64,000 nucleotides of DNA from Octopus vulgaris. Lineage: Eukaryota. A program made the translations under genes and the position numbers. Position 1 is the stretch's first letter. Each line of letters begins with the position of its first letter. The stretch is taken from contig OX597822.1 of the NCBI GenBank assembly GCA_951406725.2, forward strand, positions 10,416,001 to 10,480,000, given 5' to 3'. Positions 15,294 through 29,985 of this stretch are shown here, piece after piece. The notes under the pieces are model-generated. The model had not been told where the DNA came from. It searched no databases and saw nothing but the letters and a program-made list of their open reading frames with translations.

Positions 15294-15478
15294 GATGAAG
15301 AAAGAAAAAAGAATGAATGAAAGATAGGAAGGAAGGAATGAATAAAGAAAGAAACAAGCAAACAAACAAAGATAGAAAGAAAGAAAAAGAAAGAAAGAGG
15401 AAAGAAAAAAGAATTAAAGAATAAATAACAGAAAGAAAGAAAGAAAGACAGAGAAAGGAAGAAGAGAAGAAAGAAATA
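15020..15478. repeat. Degenerate (AAAG)n/(GATA)n purine-rich tract
   Basis: Direct reading. Confidence 0.9.
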
Positions 15479-16021
15479 GTGATTCGTTTCTAAACGGTTC
15501 GTTATATATTTTAACTGATGTTAATACAACCCCTTTACTTGCTGCATGTCTCTGAGAGGACACTAAATGTATGGCTTGTTTCATTCAAAAAATGAGACAA
15601 GCTGATGATGTTTTTGTGGCAATATGAAAAACCATGACACATTGGGGAGGGTTTATCAGTTTGTTATTTTGGTTGGGCTTAGCTTCGCTTGAATTGGTTT
15701 TGTTTTGATTTGGTTTGGCTTCGCTTCGCTTGGGTGGGTTTGATTCGATTTTGTTCACTTGTTTTTATTGCGTCTGTTATTTCAATCATCTAAGTTCTAA
15801 TTCCGATTGTTAATAACCCATTTGGAATCGGCATTTGCACAAGAATTTGCCTCTGAAATCGATCCGATACATACTCTCTCACACACAACACATACACACT
15901 CATACATACATACATACATACATACATACGTATACGTGTTCTTACACACACATATATCTGTGTTCATATATATATATATACTTACATATAAGAGACCAAA
16001 GTGTACGTACGCCGCTATATG

Positions 16022-16260
16022 TTTTATATATAAAAAATACAAAATAGAACAATAACGCAAAACATTCGAACGGTTAGGTGATACAAAAAAGGGACAACGA
16101 AACATCCAGATAGACGATGCAAAGAAAACAAGGACGACTCATTCGAAGTTTTCTTTCTTCAGTCGAGTTCCAGATTATCTTTGCAATTTCCCATTTTGTA
16201 TCATCTAACTGGCGGTTGTTTTTGTGTTCTTGTCCCATTTTGTGCTTTTTATATATAAAA
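16022..16260 (-). mobile_element. Penelope-like terminus fragment with inverted ~65-bp arms
   Basis: Arms 16022-16088 and 16194-16260 are diverged reverse complements; internal minus-strand gaCTGAAGA...cttcGAA; related copy at 33870-34003. Confidence 0.5.
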
Positions 16261-16286
16261 TATATATATACATATATATGTATATA

Positions 16287-16513
16287 TTGATAAAACGGTA
16301 AGATAACAAAAGAAAGAAAGAGACCTCAATATTATGTAAATAGAGGAAATTTATCTATACAATATGTTACATTACTCGGTAGTCAAGATAAAACTCTGAG
16401 TTTCAGATGCCGAAGTGAAATCCACAACACCATCTCTTGTGGATTTCCACTTCGGCATCTGAAACTCAGAGTTTTATCTTGACTACCGAGTAATGTAACA
16501 TATTGTATAGATA
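16287..16513. repeat. Near-perfect 76-bp hairpin (16352-16427 / 16437-16513) in (TA)n
   Basis: Exact reverse complement apart from one indel; 9-nt loop caccatctc. Confidence 0.9.
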
Positions 16514-16519
16514 TATATG

Positions 16520-16585
<66 letters not shown>

Positions 16586-16606
16586 ATATATATATGTATA
16601 TATGTA

Positions 16607-16652
<46 letters not shown>

Positions 16653-16658
16653 CATACA

Positions 16659-16693
<35 letters not shown>

Positions 16694-17043
16694 GTGTGTG
16701 TGTGTGTGTACGTATATATGTGTGTGTATACATATATGAATATGCATGTATATAGTTATGTAGCTATGTATGTGTATAGGAAGAAATATACCTAATCAGG
16801 AGGCGCTCTTTTGCTGTAAATGTGCATGCCAACGCCTGTGTATTCGTCAGCTTAAGTAGAAACGTTTCTACTGCAAGCATTCGGTCCTTAGGTATTCATA
16901 CGGAATACAAGAAAACAGAAGGAGAGAATTACAACTATTCTTCTCACATCGGGTGGTTTTGTCCAACCCAACGTTGAATTTGTTGAAATTTTGATATATC
17001 ATTTATGTAACGCTACACACATTCTGATTTTCACGTGTGTGTG

Positions 17044-17074
<31 letters not shown>

Positions 17075-17153
17075 ATATATATATATGTGTATATATATGT
17101 GTATATATATATGTGTATATATATATATATATATGTGTGTATATATATATGTG

Positions 17154-17184
<31 letters not shown>

Positions 17185-17568
17185 GCACATATATATTGTT
17201 GGATTTCGGGACAGTCATTTTCTTTCTAAACAGACACACGCACTATATATTTTTCTTCACTCGCATTTCGCCCGGCGTGCTAACGGTTCTGCCAGCTCGC
17301 CGCCTTAAGTAATGCTTATATCGGCGTGATTTGAACTAAATGTCATATATTTTGTATGTATGCATGTATGCTTGTATGTATGTATGTATGTATGTATGTA
17401 TGTATGTATGTATGTATGTATGTATGTATGTATGCATGTATGTATGTATGTATGTATGTATGTATGCATGTATGTATGTACGTGCGTATGTATGCTAGTA
17501 TGCATGTATATACATATCAATATATATACAGAAGTATATGTGTATTTTTACGAGAGAGACACAGAGAG

Positions 17569-17602
<34 letters not shown>

Positions 17603-19308
17603 CATGTGTGTGTTTGTGTGTGCGTGCATGAGTGTGTGTGCGTGCATAAGTGTGTGTGTGTGTGTGCGTGTGTTGTTTGCTTTTCGATGTGGCAGAAGGT
17701 TAATTCTTCAACATATGTATACATCAACTTATAGAAATATGTACACGTACACACACACACACACACACACGCTGACATACACACACACTCATATATATAT
17801 ATATATGTGCATGTGTGTATGTATACATGTATACATGCCCATGTATACATAAACACACACACACAAACGTATGTATGTGTATTTGTGCCTGTGTGTGTGT
17901 TAGTGTGTGTTAGTGTGTGTGTGTGTGTTTGTGTGTTTGGAAACCCATGCCAATGTGTTTCTCTCTCGATATCATTATGCGTGTTAGTTCATCTAACCTC
18001 TACAGAATACCAGACAAGAATTATTAAGACAAGATGTGGAATGGAAACATGAGAGTGACTTACTGATTTCAAAATTATTATATATATATATATATATATA
18101 CATATTATATATACATATTATATATACATATTATATATATATCACCTGACCTCATGCCATATTTTTACAGAATTTTTGTCTTTCTAGCTTTCTGTGTCTA
18201 CATCTCTACGCTTTACATCTCTATTTACACTTGCAAACACACCCTTACTTACACACACGCACACATGCACACTCACACACACACACACAAATACACACAC
18301 ACATACACTCACATACGCACACACATACACAAATATATAAGAATCCACGTATATGTACACATACAGAGTGAAAGAGTGTATGTGTAAAGTGTACGTGTAA
18401 GAGATAGATAGATGCGCGTATATACATATATATATATATGTGTGTGTGTGTGTATGTATATATGTATGTGTGTATACATGCATACATACATGCATACATA
18501 CATACATACATATATACATACATACATACATACATACATACATACATACATACATACATACATACATACATACATACATACATACATACATACATACTCA
18601 CTGCTTAAATACCTATCTTGAGAAATTTGAGTCCTCAAAACCAGAAAGGAGAGAGCTGATTCGAAGATCCAAGCCTTCAGTGGCACTGTAAATATCTGTA
18701 AGACTCTCCAGACGTTTATCATTTAAGTATGAGCATGTCGTAGATATGCAAGCCCTAGATGTGAGAAGACATACATAAAACAAATCATACAAATCTTCAC
18801 GTATACATATGTGCCTACATACATACATACATACATAAATACATACATAGATACATGGACACAAACATACATACATACATACATACATACATACATACAC
18901 ATGCATATAAATACATACATACACACGCGTATACACACACACATACACACAAACAAACACACGAAAATACGAACGGCAATACAACAGGGGCTTTGGCCGA
19001 TGAGACTTTACGAGACCGTGAAACGATTACAATGTGACTCTACTTTCGCTTTAGTAGTACGTATTGTTAAATCCCCTCATCCTTTCGGTGTCAACAAAAT
19101 AATTACCATTTTAATACTGGAGTCAATGTACTCGTCCAAGATCCGCACCACCCAAAATTTTAATCTATCTATATTAAAAAGAATTGTTCTCAATTTCACT
19201 TTTGTATTGATTCTCATTGTCTGTACGTATCTTTCGCTAGCTTTGATATCTTTTCCTCGTCTCTAGCTTTATATTACTCTCTCTTTCTCTCTTTCACTCT
19301 TTCTCTTA

Positions 19309-19358
<50 letters not shown>

Positions 19359-19363
19359 ATACA

Positions 19364-19510
19364 GGCATACGTGTGGCTGTTTGGTAAGAGCTTTGCTTTT
19401 CAACCACATCGTTCCGAACTGATGGTACATTAGGTTTCTACTATAGCCTCGGGCCGAATAAAGCCTTATGTATAAGGTAGACAGGAACTGAAACAAGCTT
19501 CTCATATATG

Positions 19511-19564
<54 letters not shown>

Positions 19565-19890
19565 TATACATATATATATATGGGTGTGGGTTTACATTTA
19601 TGTATGTATGCATGTATGTATGTATGTATGTATGTATGTATGTATGTATGTATGTGTGTATGTATGCATGTATGTATGTATGTGTGTGAGTGTGTGGGTG
19701 TCTGCCACCTCTACCTGAAAACCAGTGTTGATGCGTTAACGTCCGCGTAACTTAGCTGTTCGGCCAAAAAAAGTGATAGTAAAGTTACCAGGCTTTAAAA
19801 GATAAGTACACGGACCGATTCGTTCAACTGAAAGTTCTTCAAGGCGGTGCCACAGCATGGCCACAGTCTAACGACCGAAACGAGTAGAGA
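19364..19890 (+). mobile_element. SINE family C with ~200-bp internal microsatellite
   Basis: gtgtggctgtttggtaagagc head; tail aaggcggtgccacagcatggccacagtc. Confidence 0.8.
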
Positions 19891-20132
19891 TAGAAAGATG
19901 AGATATAAGTGACACACACGCACACACACAACACACACACACATACGCACACACACACAAGCGCGCGTGTGTGTGTTCATTAAATCCGTGTTTCATCTGA
20001 TCCTTCTTCTTTCTTCTATTTCTACTTCTGCCCGTTATTACGGCTGCCATTTCTAATACCTGCACGGACGCCACCACCGCCAACAAGAACGATAACTTCA
20101 TGGCTACTATTACTTCTACGAAACAGCTATAG

Positions 20133-20161
20133 CAGCAACAACAACAACAACAACAACAGCA

Positions 20162-20228
<67 letters not shown>

Positions 20229-20269
20229 ACATCACTACCACTACTACTACTACTACTACCACCACCACC

Positions 20270-20309
<40 letters not shown>

Positions 20310-20350
20310 ACATCACTACCACTACTACTACTACTACTACCACCACCACC

Positions 20351-20406
<56 letters not shown>

Positions 20407-20480
20407 CACCACCACCACCACTACTAACTCTACTACTACTACTACTACTACTACTACTGCTACTACTACCACCACCACAA
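20133..20480. repeat. Compound (AAC)/(TAC)/(CAC)n microsatellite
   Basis: Direct reading; source of the poly-S/G/V ORFs. Confidence 0.95.
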
Positions 20481-20640
20481 CCTCCATCACTATGTGTACA
20501 GCTTCTGTTGCAGTTTGCAGCTCCTGTTGTTGCTACAACTGCCATTGATACTTTTGCTCTTTCTTGCTATGCTGCTGCTACTGCCGCTGCTGCTGCTGTT
20601 CATGCTACAGGTATGCTATCACACGCACAACTTGCGCATA

Positions 20641-21117
20641 CCGTAAATCCTTGAGTAAAGTCCGCCCTTGAGTATAATACACAGGGGATTTTTACGGGGT
20701 GTACCTCTGAAAAACCTAAACCTTGTGTATAATACGCACCCCTTCTCTAACTTGAGTCAAGGAGGTCTATATAACGTCCTTGGTTTGTAAAAATGTTTAC
20801 GGTAACGTCCTTTATTATTATTGTATATATAACATAATGCAAGCGTGGAGCTTTTTTGTGCATTTTGTTTGCAGAAAATAAAGAAATAACAGTAATAACG
20901 TTTAATAAATGTTGCTAACTACAAGTTATGGATGGTTTAAGGTATTTTCGCGCCCGACACCACAAAATGCGTCTGAATAAAAATTGCCGGACAGCAAAAA
21001 GAGACTCGGACATTGCTTAGAAAATAATTTTCATTTTAACCTCGTATATAGTACGCACTAGGCATTTTGGCAATTAAATTTTGGGAAAAAAGTGCGGTCA
21101 TACTCGAGGATTTACGG
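20641..21117. mobile_element. Tc1/mariner-pogo-type MITE
   Basis: TIRs ccgtaaatccttgagta / tactcgaggatttacgg, flanked by TA on both sides; subterminal gagtataatac repeats. Confidence 0.85.
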
Positions 21118-21171
21118 TATTTGACATGCAAAATAAAATGAATGTTTTGTCGTGTGTGCGTATGTATCCAT

Positions 21172-21420
21172 TATCTTTACTTGTTTCAGTGATTAGACTG
21201 CGGCCAGGCTGGGGCACACCACCTTGAAGAACTTTAGTCGAATGAATCGACTGTAGTAGTTGTATATAATTAAAATGCTTTCCACAATTCTTCGTTCTAC
21301 AAAATGCCATTTACAAAGTATTGGTCAATTTAAGTGGTACTTATTTACACGGGCCCTGTTTTGCCGAATCATAAGCTAACAGAGAAGTAAACAAACAAAC
21401 ACCGGTTGTCAAGCGGTGTC
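21172..21420 (-). mobile_element. SINE family C, 3' half
   Basis: tttacttgtttcagtgattagactgcggcc...caccggttgtcaagcgg. Confidence 0.7.
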
Positions 21421-21919
21421 AAACGAAGGCAAATTATAATGAAATATAAACGAATGTACACAAAGATGTACAAATGTGAATATACACACATACACAGTGT
21501 GTATTTATTACATATATAGACTTACACATGCACATGTGTGTGTGTGTGTGTGTGTGTGTGAGTGTGCGTGTCTGTCTGTGTGCACGTGCGTACGTGTTCA
21601 TCAATGCACGCATAAACACGCGTACATATTTTCATGACTATAAATACACGTATATACATCAATACAATATGTCTATATATGTGTAGTTATACACACACAC
21701 ATACATACACACATACATATATACATGCGTACATACATACATACATACATACATACATACATACATACATACATACATACATACATACATACATACATAC
21801 ATACATACATACATGCTTGCATGCATTCTTCATTTCATGTTTAAACAAAAGTAATTCCAACGAAAGTTGGTTCCTGTCAATTTAAACTTCATTCTCACTT
21901 CCTCCTTCCACACATATCC

Positions 21920-22315
21920 TTTTCTACTCTAGGCACAAGGCCCGAAATTTTTGAGAAGGAGGCCAGTCGATTAGATCGACCTTAGTACGCAACTGGTGCT
22001 TAATTTATCAACCCCGAAAGGATTAAAGGTAAAGTCGACCTCGGCGGAATTAAAAATCAGAACGTAACGGCAGACGAAATACCTACTTCTTTACTACCCA
22101 CAAGGGGCTAACACAGAGGGGACAAACAAGGACAGACAAAGGGATTAAGTCGATTACATCGATCCCAGTGCGTAACTGGTACTTAATTTATCGACCCCGA
22201 AAGGATGAAAGAGGCAATCGACCTCGGCGGAATTTGAACTCAGAACGTAACGGCAGACGAAATACGGCTACGCATTTCGCCCGACGTGCTAACGTTTCAG
22301 CCAGCTCGTCGCCTT
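21920..22315 (-). mobile_element. SINE family A dimer
   Basis: Two bodies joined at gacgaaatacctacttctttactacccac; head ccagctcgtcgcc at the right end. Confidence 0.88.
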
Positions 22316-22762
22316 AAAAGAGGTAAGGAATCGCATCAGTAAAGCTATCCGGTTGTAAAAGAATGTCCCAAATAGCATATTTCTCAAACCCATGCAAGCA
22401 TCGATAAAGGGCCTTGAGATGAACCAATAAAGTTTATTTTTATTGTGGAATGCGATTTTTTAAATTAAATAACTTTTTGTTTTTTCGCACCCATTGAAAA
22501 GTCCATCATGCATTACCAAGAAGTTCCGGTATTTCATGATCGGAAGCCCTTCCTAAAATGGTCGTTCGACCAGCTTGAAATAGAAACCAAATCTCCCTTA
22601 GATCACATATCTATCGCCCGAAATAAGAACAAGTTGTATACGTATATACAGATACATATATACCGAAAACTTTATTATTCCACAGCATCAGATTTGGTAC
22701 AATTAAACACACACAATCACACACGCATATACACACACACACATACATATATGTACACACAC

Positions 22763-22826
<64 letters not shown>

Positions 22827-23226
22827 CCAATCAGACAGACAGACAGATCGCAGGAATGGCTGCGTAGTTAAGTATACTTTGAAAATTGCTTAGTTCATGC
22901 TCAGTTCCACTGCGCGGTTGACCAAAGCCTGGTGAATAAATCTAGTAGATAGAAACTATGTCGAAGCATGTCGTTTATAGGTATACGTATATATATTTGT
23001 ATATCTATCTATCTATCTATATATTAATCAATCAATATAAGGGTAACAAAAAATTCAAGAAAAATTTTCTGCCACCAGCGGTCAAGTGAGAAAATAGAAA
23101 TAGTCAGAGACTATATGATACATTCAACAAAATATTAAGGAATGACCTTCTCAGGGTCATTCCTTAATATCTATCTATCTATATATATATATGTATATAT
23201 ACATAAATGTATATATACATATATAT

Positions 23227-23263
<37 letters not shown>

Positions 23264-23340
23264 ATGAATTTATAAGGGGAAACAAAGATTTGTATCCAGT
23301 TTTATTTAGCACTTGATTACTTCTTTTCCTTTCTGCACCT

Positions 23341-23424
23341 ACTCATGTTTCTGCAGCGACTAATGCACACTGCAAAATTTGCACCTTTACGTGCACTTAT
23401 TCTTAACTGCCGCGTCTTCAGAGT
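23341..23424 (-). other. Degenerate hammerhead-like motif
   Basis: Minus strand act-CTGAAGA-cgcggc...gtcgctgca-GAAAC-atg-agt; cleavage triplet not intact. Confidence 0.3.
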
Positions 23425-24729
23425 GGAGTCAACAGCATTGTTCATATATATATAATTTAATAAACACAATGTATGTTTTTATGTGCTACCACTAGTTGCA
23501 TGGGATGAGAGCATGCTAGACAATATTCTTTAACGTCTGGTGTTCTATGTGGGAATGGAATACATGTAATATGTTTGTATGACTACAGAAGGAAGAATAA
23601 AACCTACAATATTTAGTTGCTTTACTTTCTTTTTATTTTTTCCCAGCCCTAGTGCAGCTTCCATTTCCTTTGGATTTTCAATGTCCCCTGAGACTGATAA
23701 GAAAAAGGCCGAAGTCATCTTCCAGCCTAATACCCGGCCCAAAAATTTACCGCAGGGCATAAACTCCTCTAAAAGCACTCAAGGACCAAATGATGGTAGT
23801 GGATGTAGCGCTGTTATACCAGCTGATGGATTAAGATTAACATACTCCACGTTCTGAGTTTCTACTTTTATCTTCTCAGGAGTCGATAAAACAAAATACA
23901 GTGACAGTCAAGTGCTGAGGCAGCCCTTAATCGACCGTTAACCCCCCACAAAATGTAAGCTTTTGTCTTGTCCTCCTCCGTCGTTCCTTTCACTAACAAT
24001 CGTGGCTCCCATCATGGCTACCATCGTGGTCGCCATCGTCGTCTCTTTCATTTTTTGTGATCACAAACCTTCTTCCTTATTGTAACCTCTTCCTTTACCT
24101 CATTCTCTCTTCCTCTCTCTCTCTCTCTCTCTCCTTCCCTCCCTCTGGATACTCACGGACGACTTCCCAGTCACCTTTCTTTCATTTTGCCGAGTAGAAT
24201 TTCGAAAAGGTGAACATAAATACTTTCCCCCACATTTTAAACACATCCGTAGAATACACACAACAACCAAAACAACCAAAACAACAACAATAACAACAAC
24301 ATCAACAGAAACAGCAGCAGTAGCAGCAGCTATGAGTAAACAAATAAGTATATCCAGAGATGAAACGCTGTCATGCGCGTGCGCACACGGACACTCATAC
24401 ATAGACATCTATGTGAGTGCATGTATGTATATGCATATCATGTATGAAAATTTGTATGTGCAGCTGTTGTACACATATCTATGTGCGTGTATATACGTAT
24501 GTATATATGCGTGTGTATAAACATTATCTGTTCCGTGTGTGTATTATATACGCACACACTCAACACAAGTACATACATACAGATATATACATACAGACAC
24601 ACAGATATATACATGCATATATATATATACATTTATATATATATGTATATATATATGTATATATATATATGTTTATATATATATATATATATATATACAT
24701 ACATATATACATATATACATACACGCACA

Positions 24730-24816
<87 letters not shown>

Positions 24817-25358
24817 GTATGTGTATATATGAGAAAGCTCGATTAACTTGTAGACCACCTTTCCGTCTTGTCCTTAAATTCTTTTTCTTTTTGCTTTTCT
24901 CCATTTCCCTTCTCTCTTCATTACGCTTTCCTACGAGCAAACACTGGCAGCATATTCCTTTAGCAAAGGTGCTTCGGTGACATTTTTCGGTCTACTTTCA
25001 AACGAAGACAACTTCCTTTGAAGATCCTGTCCGGACAAGCTGGATGGCATGCTGGGAAAATATTTAACCGTACCGCTTGTGTTTGATTAGTCGGCCTTGT
25101 ATGGCGACGCGCACAATCCACAGGGTTCGACAAAATGCGCGTGCGTGTGAAACCCCTATTTAGATGAAAGATGGCGGCGGTAGCGGTTGCCGCAGTGGTA
25201 GTGCTAGCGGTGGTTTTGGTGGTGGTATTAGTGGTTGGGTTGGAGGCAGTTGGAGGCGGCGCTGACGTTGGAGTTGAGAGAGGTTGTGTTTAAACACAAA
25301 ACAAAAGCAATCAACATTTGTGCGTATGAATGTATATAGACAAGTATATAGACATATG

Positions 25359-25397
<39 letters not shown>

Positions 25398-25718
25398 CTG
25401 TGTGTGTGTGTGTAATCTTGTATCTGTGTGCATATATGCGTGTGTACACATACACTAAAAGACAATTTTCTACTTGTACTTCCGGGTAGATGCGACTTCC
25501 TACCCAATACAGTTAAATATATCTTTGTTCTACCCTTATTTCAACATTGACATTTCTCTCCCTCTCCTCTTCACTCTCCCTCTCTCTTTTCCTTTCGCTC
25601 GCTCAATGCCCCTCTCAGTCTTTCTCATGCTTTGTTTCTCTTTAATTCTTTCACATGGCTGAAGATGGAAAATTCTTTTATCCTTATGCATACATATCTT
25701 TGCCAGTGTCTATACATT

Positions 25719-25753
<35 letters not shown>

Positions 25754-26499
25754 ATATGTATATGCATATGTATGTATGTATGTATGTATATGTACATATA
25801 TATCATATATATATATATATATATATTCATATATATATATACATACATACACACACACATGCATATATGTATATATTTATTTATAGAGTATAGCTAGTAT
25901 AAAGTTGAGGAACTTATACACGTGTTTGATGTGGTGTATTAGTTATCATATGACCCTAGGAGAGAGTGTATCTGTTTCACAGTGTCCAGTAATAAATTCT
26001 TACATATATATATATATATATTTATATTCAAGTATGTAAGGATATTTATTTGTGTGTATAATGAACATATTCTCCTATGCATATGTGTGTATACGTTAGA
26101 AAAGCTTTTTATTGAAAGTTATGAAAATATATTCTTAAATCGTTCATTAAGGCAATTCTAGCAGAAGATCGATATCAGACTGCTAAATATTCAAATAGTG
26201 ATTGTTCCCTTTATTACCAGTATCATTCTTATTAATAAACATTTCTTCGATTTACTTCTTGTAATCGTAGTATTGGTTAAGGGTGTATATTTTTGACATA
26301 ATGGACAGAAAATATCTCTCGGAGTCTGATGAAGATTGTACAAAATGATACCTAGTGGCTTTAGTTACAATAAAAGTGTTGTGTAGTGGAACAACACTTT
26401 ACTAAACCAATGACAGCGCTTCTGTCTAGTTGTTAGTTCTCTTAGAATTAGCGACGAAATCTCTCACTGGTCATCATTGGATATTCGTCTAAATGTCTC

Positions 26500-26890
26500 T
26501 GAAGATGACCAGATTAGTAGTTTTAATCTTTGTTGGTTCACAGCTGGCTTATTATGCCAATATTGGTATAAAATCCACGGTTACTGGGTAACTGATAATA
26601 ACACAATCAGGAGCAGGTCGGATTCTTGTTTCTGTACAGCCCTCCATTCTTTAGTTTCTCTGTTAATTTTTGATTCTGAGTACTGTACTCCAAAGTACAC
26701 AGTGCTACGCGGCAATGATCCATCTTGGGTACAATGCTACCAAGTGGACGGTTCTAAATTATATTTTTTTCAAGGTCGTCCTGACTTTGTGTCTCCAGTT
26801 TTGTACACCACGTGACCGAGAGCCAACTGCTTGTTCGCCAAAGAAAATCTGTTCAGAGAACCTGAAGTCGCACATTCTCATTCGTCTTTG
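26500..26890 (-). pseudogene. Decayed RTE-clade LINE ORF C-terminus
   Basis: Manual translation MRMCDFRFSEQIFFGEQAVGSRSRGVQNWRHKVRTTLKK...W*HCTQDGSLPR resembles the RTE RM-x-D-x-R-x-PK-x-x-x-YGEL..G.R.RG.Q..R.KD motif; contains stops and frameshifts. Confidence 0.7.
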
Positions 26891-27820
26891 GAAAGGAAAG
26901 GACTCATAACCTGTTTACCTGTTTATCTACCGAGAACCATCAAGTTCTTCTGAGATAGTCAGTATGTGAGATACCCTTACTTTTTACAATCAACGTCTGC
27001 TGGCAGTGGCTAGAAAGAATTTCATCAAGAATGAATGAAGGATACGAGTGAATAAACTGCACTTCAACGAAGAAGAAAATTACACGGAAGATCCAAATAA
27101 TCGCAATTCTTCCCGCAAGATACTATAAGTTCTACGAGCTTGAAACCACAAAAGCTGTGATGTTTAAAACTCTACTTTCACTTATAAAGACAGTGTACTG
27201 ATAATATTCTCGGTGAAATTCTTTCACGGGTTTGATTTATCAAAACCTACCCAGGATTAAATAAGAGCCACAATAAAACCACAAAACCATACTATTAAAA
27301 TAATGACCACAAGGTCCAGCACTTGTTGCGATGTCGTGGATTGTGTGTCCCCATAAAACTGAGAGTTACGCCAGTAGAGAGGAAGCTCCTTGTAGAGCTT
27401 CCTATGCTGGACAGTTCATAAGATAGAGGCCAAACCCAAATTAATATGGACCACATCTTTCCAGAAGTAAAGAATGAGTTTGTTTAGGGCATAAAACCCT
27501 GGGAAGAATAACGCAAAGATGCAGAAGTATCGATAAGAATTCAAAACTAACACGACCAGGCATGAGAAGCCTTCGCTCAATGAATACCAAGAACATATAT
27601 GAAAGTGGAAAGATGATTAGTGGAGAAACGGCGTAGATAGCCTATACTCAATAAGGAGCGAGAGCCCTAAGAAAGTAATGCTTATTTTGGAGATGCTTAA
27701 GCCAACGATAACAAATCGATTCCTTAATTTTAAAAAAGATACCAATTAATATTTTATACAAGATAGTTACAAATGCAATCCCTAACACTATATAAAGCGA
27801 AAATACATACTAATACAAAT

Positions 27821-27912
<92 letters not shown>

Positions 27913-27917
27913 GTATA

Positions 27918-27970
27918 TGGATGGAAGCACTCCGTCGGTTACGACGACGAGGATTCCGGTTGATCCGATC
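27918..27970 (-). mobile_element. 3' tail fragment of SINE family D
   Basis: ggaagcactccgtcggttacgacgacgagg is the reverse complement of the tail at 58499-58530. Confidence 0.8.
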
Positions 27971-28110
27971 TGTACAATATATATATATATATATAGCATA
28001 ATTAAATCTCAGAATGAGATTGAAACAGTAATCGCTCGATAATGTAAAGTATAGAAGCCATCATATCAATGTGGTTAGCCATGATAAGATGGCTTCTATA
28101 CTTATATATA

Positions 28111-28150
<40 letters not shown>

Positions 28151-28479
28151 ACGCTTTCGTCCATTCTGGTGGATTTTTCAAATTGAACTAAGTTCCTGTG
28201 GAAAAATTTTGACCATTTTATAGTATTATTGAGTGTGTAGTGGTGGGGAGGGATATAATATAGTACAAGAGGGTGATGGATGGGGAGAAGTGAAAGAGAG
28301 CATGTGTGTTTGTGTGTGTGTGTGTTTGTATCTGAAAGTAGTGTTAGAGAAAAAGAAGGGAATGTATATTCAATATATATATATATATATACAAATATTA
28401 TATGGGAAGGGGGAGAGAGAGAGAGAAAGAGAGACATACATACATACATACATACATACATACAGATAGATAGATAGAT

Positions 28480-28566
<87 letters not shown>

Positions 28567-28680
28567 CAAGAAGTTCACATAAAAAAACGGATGTTCTGTT
28601 TAAAGGATGTAAAACGAATTGGTGATCATATATGTGTGTATGTGTATACATATATATTCATATACTGCATGTGTTTACAT

Positions 28681-28713
<33 letters not shown>

Positions 28714-28841
28714 CATGTATATACATATACATATATGTGTATATGTATTCACATACACACATATATATATATATATACACACATATCTATATCCCTCTCT
28801 CTCTCTATATATATATATATACATATCTACATATATATTTG

Positions 28842-28906
<65 letters not shown>

Positions 28907-29411
28907 CATATATATACATATATATAGATATATATACTTATCTACATATATATTTATATATACCCATGCATTTTAAACGACTTCCAGTCATTCTTTACAA
29001 CAGCATTAATACTGTTTGGAGTAAATGCAAAGTATAATAGTCACAGATTAGCTAATCTTTACTCTGCTCGTGTCTACCATACGGAAATCGATAAAACTGC
29101 ATATCATCAGTCCCTGGAGGGGAGAATGGTTGTGCTACTTATCGTTACTATTGTTTAGATTCATTGTTGTTCCCATTGTTATCTACTGACTATTATGGAT
29201 TTTCCCTATGATGATGTGTGTAGGCGGTGAGGAGCCTATGTGCACATGCTTGTATACATATATATATCAGTGTGTGTGTGTGGGGGGGAGGTATGTATTT
29301 ATATGTATATATATGGTATGGTATTTAACTGTCATTTCTAAATTTCGATATGTGATGAAGCAATTTTTGCTGAACCCTAATTATAGTTATGCTTATAATT
29401 ATATAGAATTC

Positions 29412-29468
<57 letters not shown>

Positions 29469-29814
29469 AATGTATGTATATTCCTCATCCATCACCCTCT
29501 TGCAATGTCTTATATCCCTCCCCACCACTACATACCCAATACCACTATAAAATGGTCAAAACTTTTCACACAGGAACTTAGTTTGATTCGAAAACCCCAT
29601 TAGAATGGGAAAAAGCGCTAATACATGATCTAAGTTATATGATGTATAAAAAATGTAATATACAAATAAATATCTGTAAATATAAACCATCCGATTTTCT
29701 AAGTACCTCATTTCTTCTAATATAAATTTATATATACGCATATTCATACGCACATATAACTATATCATCTGCATATATGTATTATATATATGTATATACC
29801 TATTTATGTATATA

Positions 29815-29885
<71 letters not shown>

Positions 29886-29939
29886 GTATAAGTTTTATGT
29901 ATGAAATAAAGAAATATATTTGCATATATACCTATGTGC

Positions 29940-29985
<46 letters not shown>

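Noticed and set aside
19868-20545. Ser/Gly-rich 225-aa ORF resembling a structural protein
   Set aside because: Compound microsatellite with single-codon runs; no splice or domain evidence.
23579-23857. 92-aa non-repetitive ORF
   Set aside because: No recognisable domain; its end runs into a SINE fragment.
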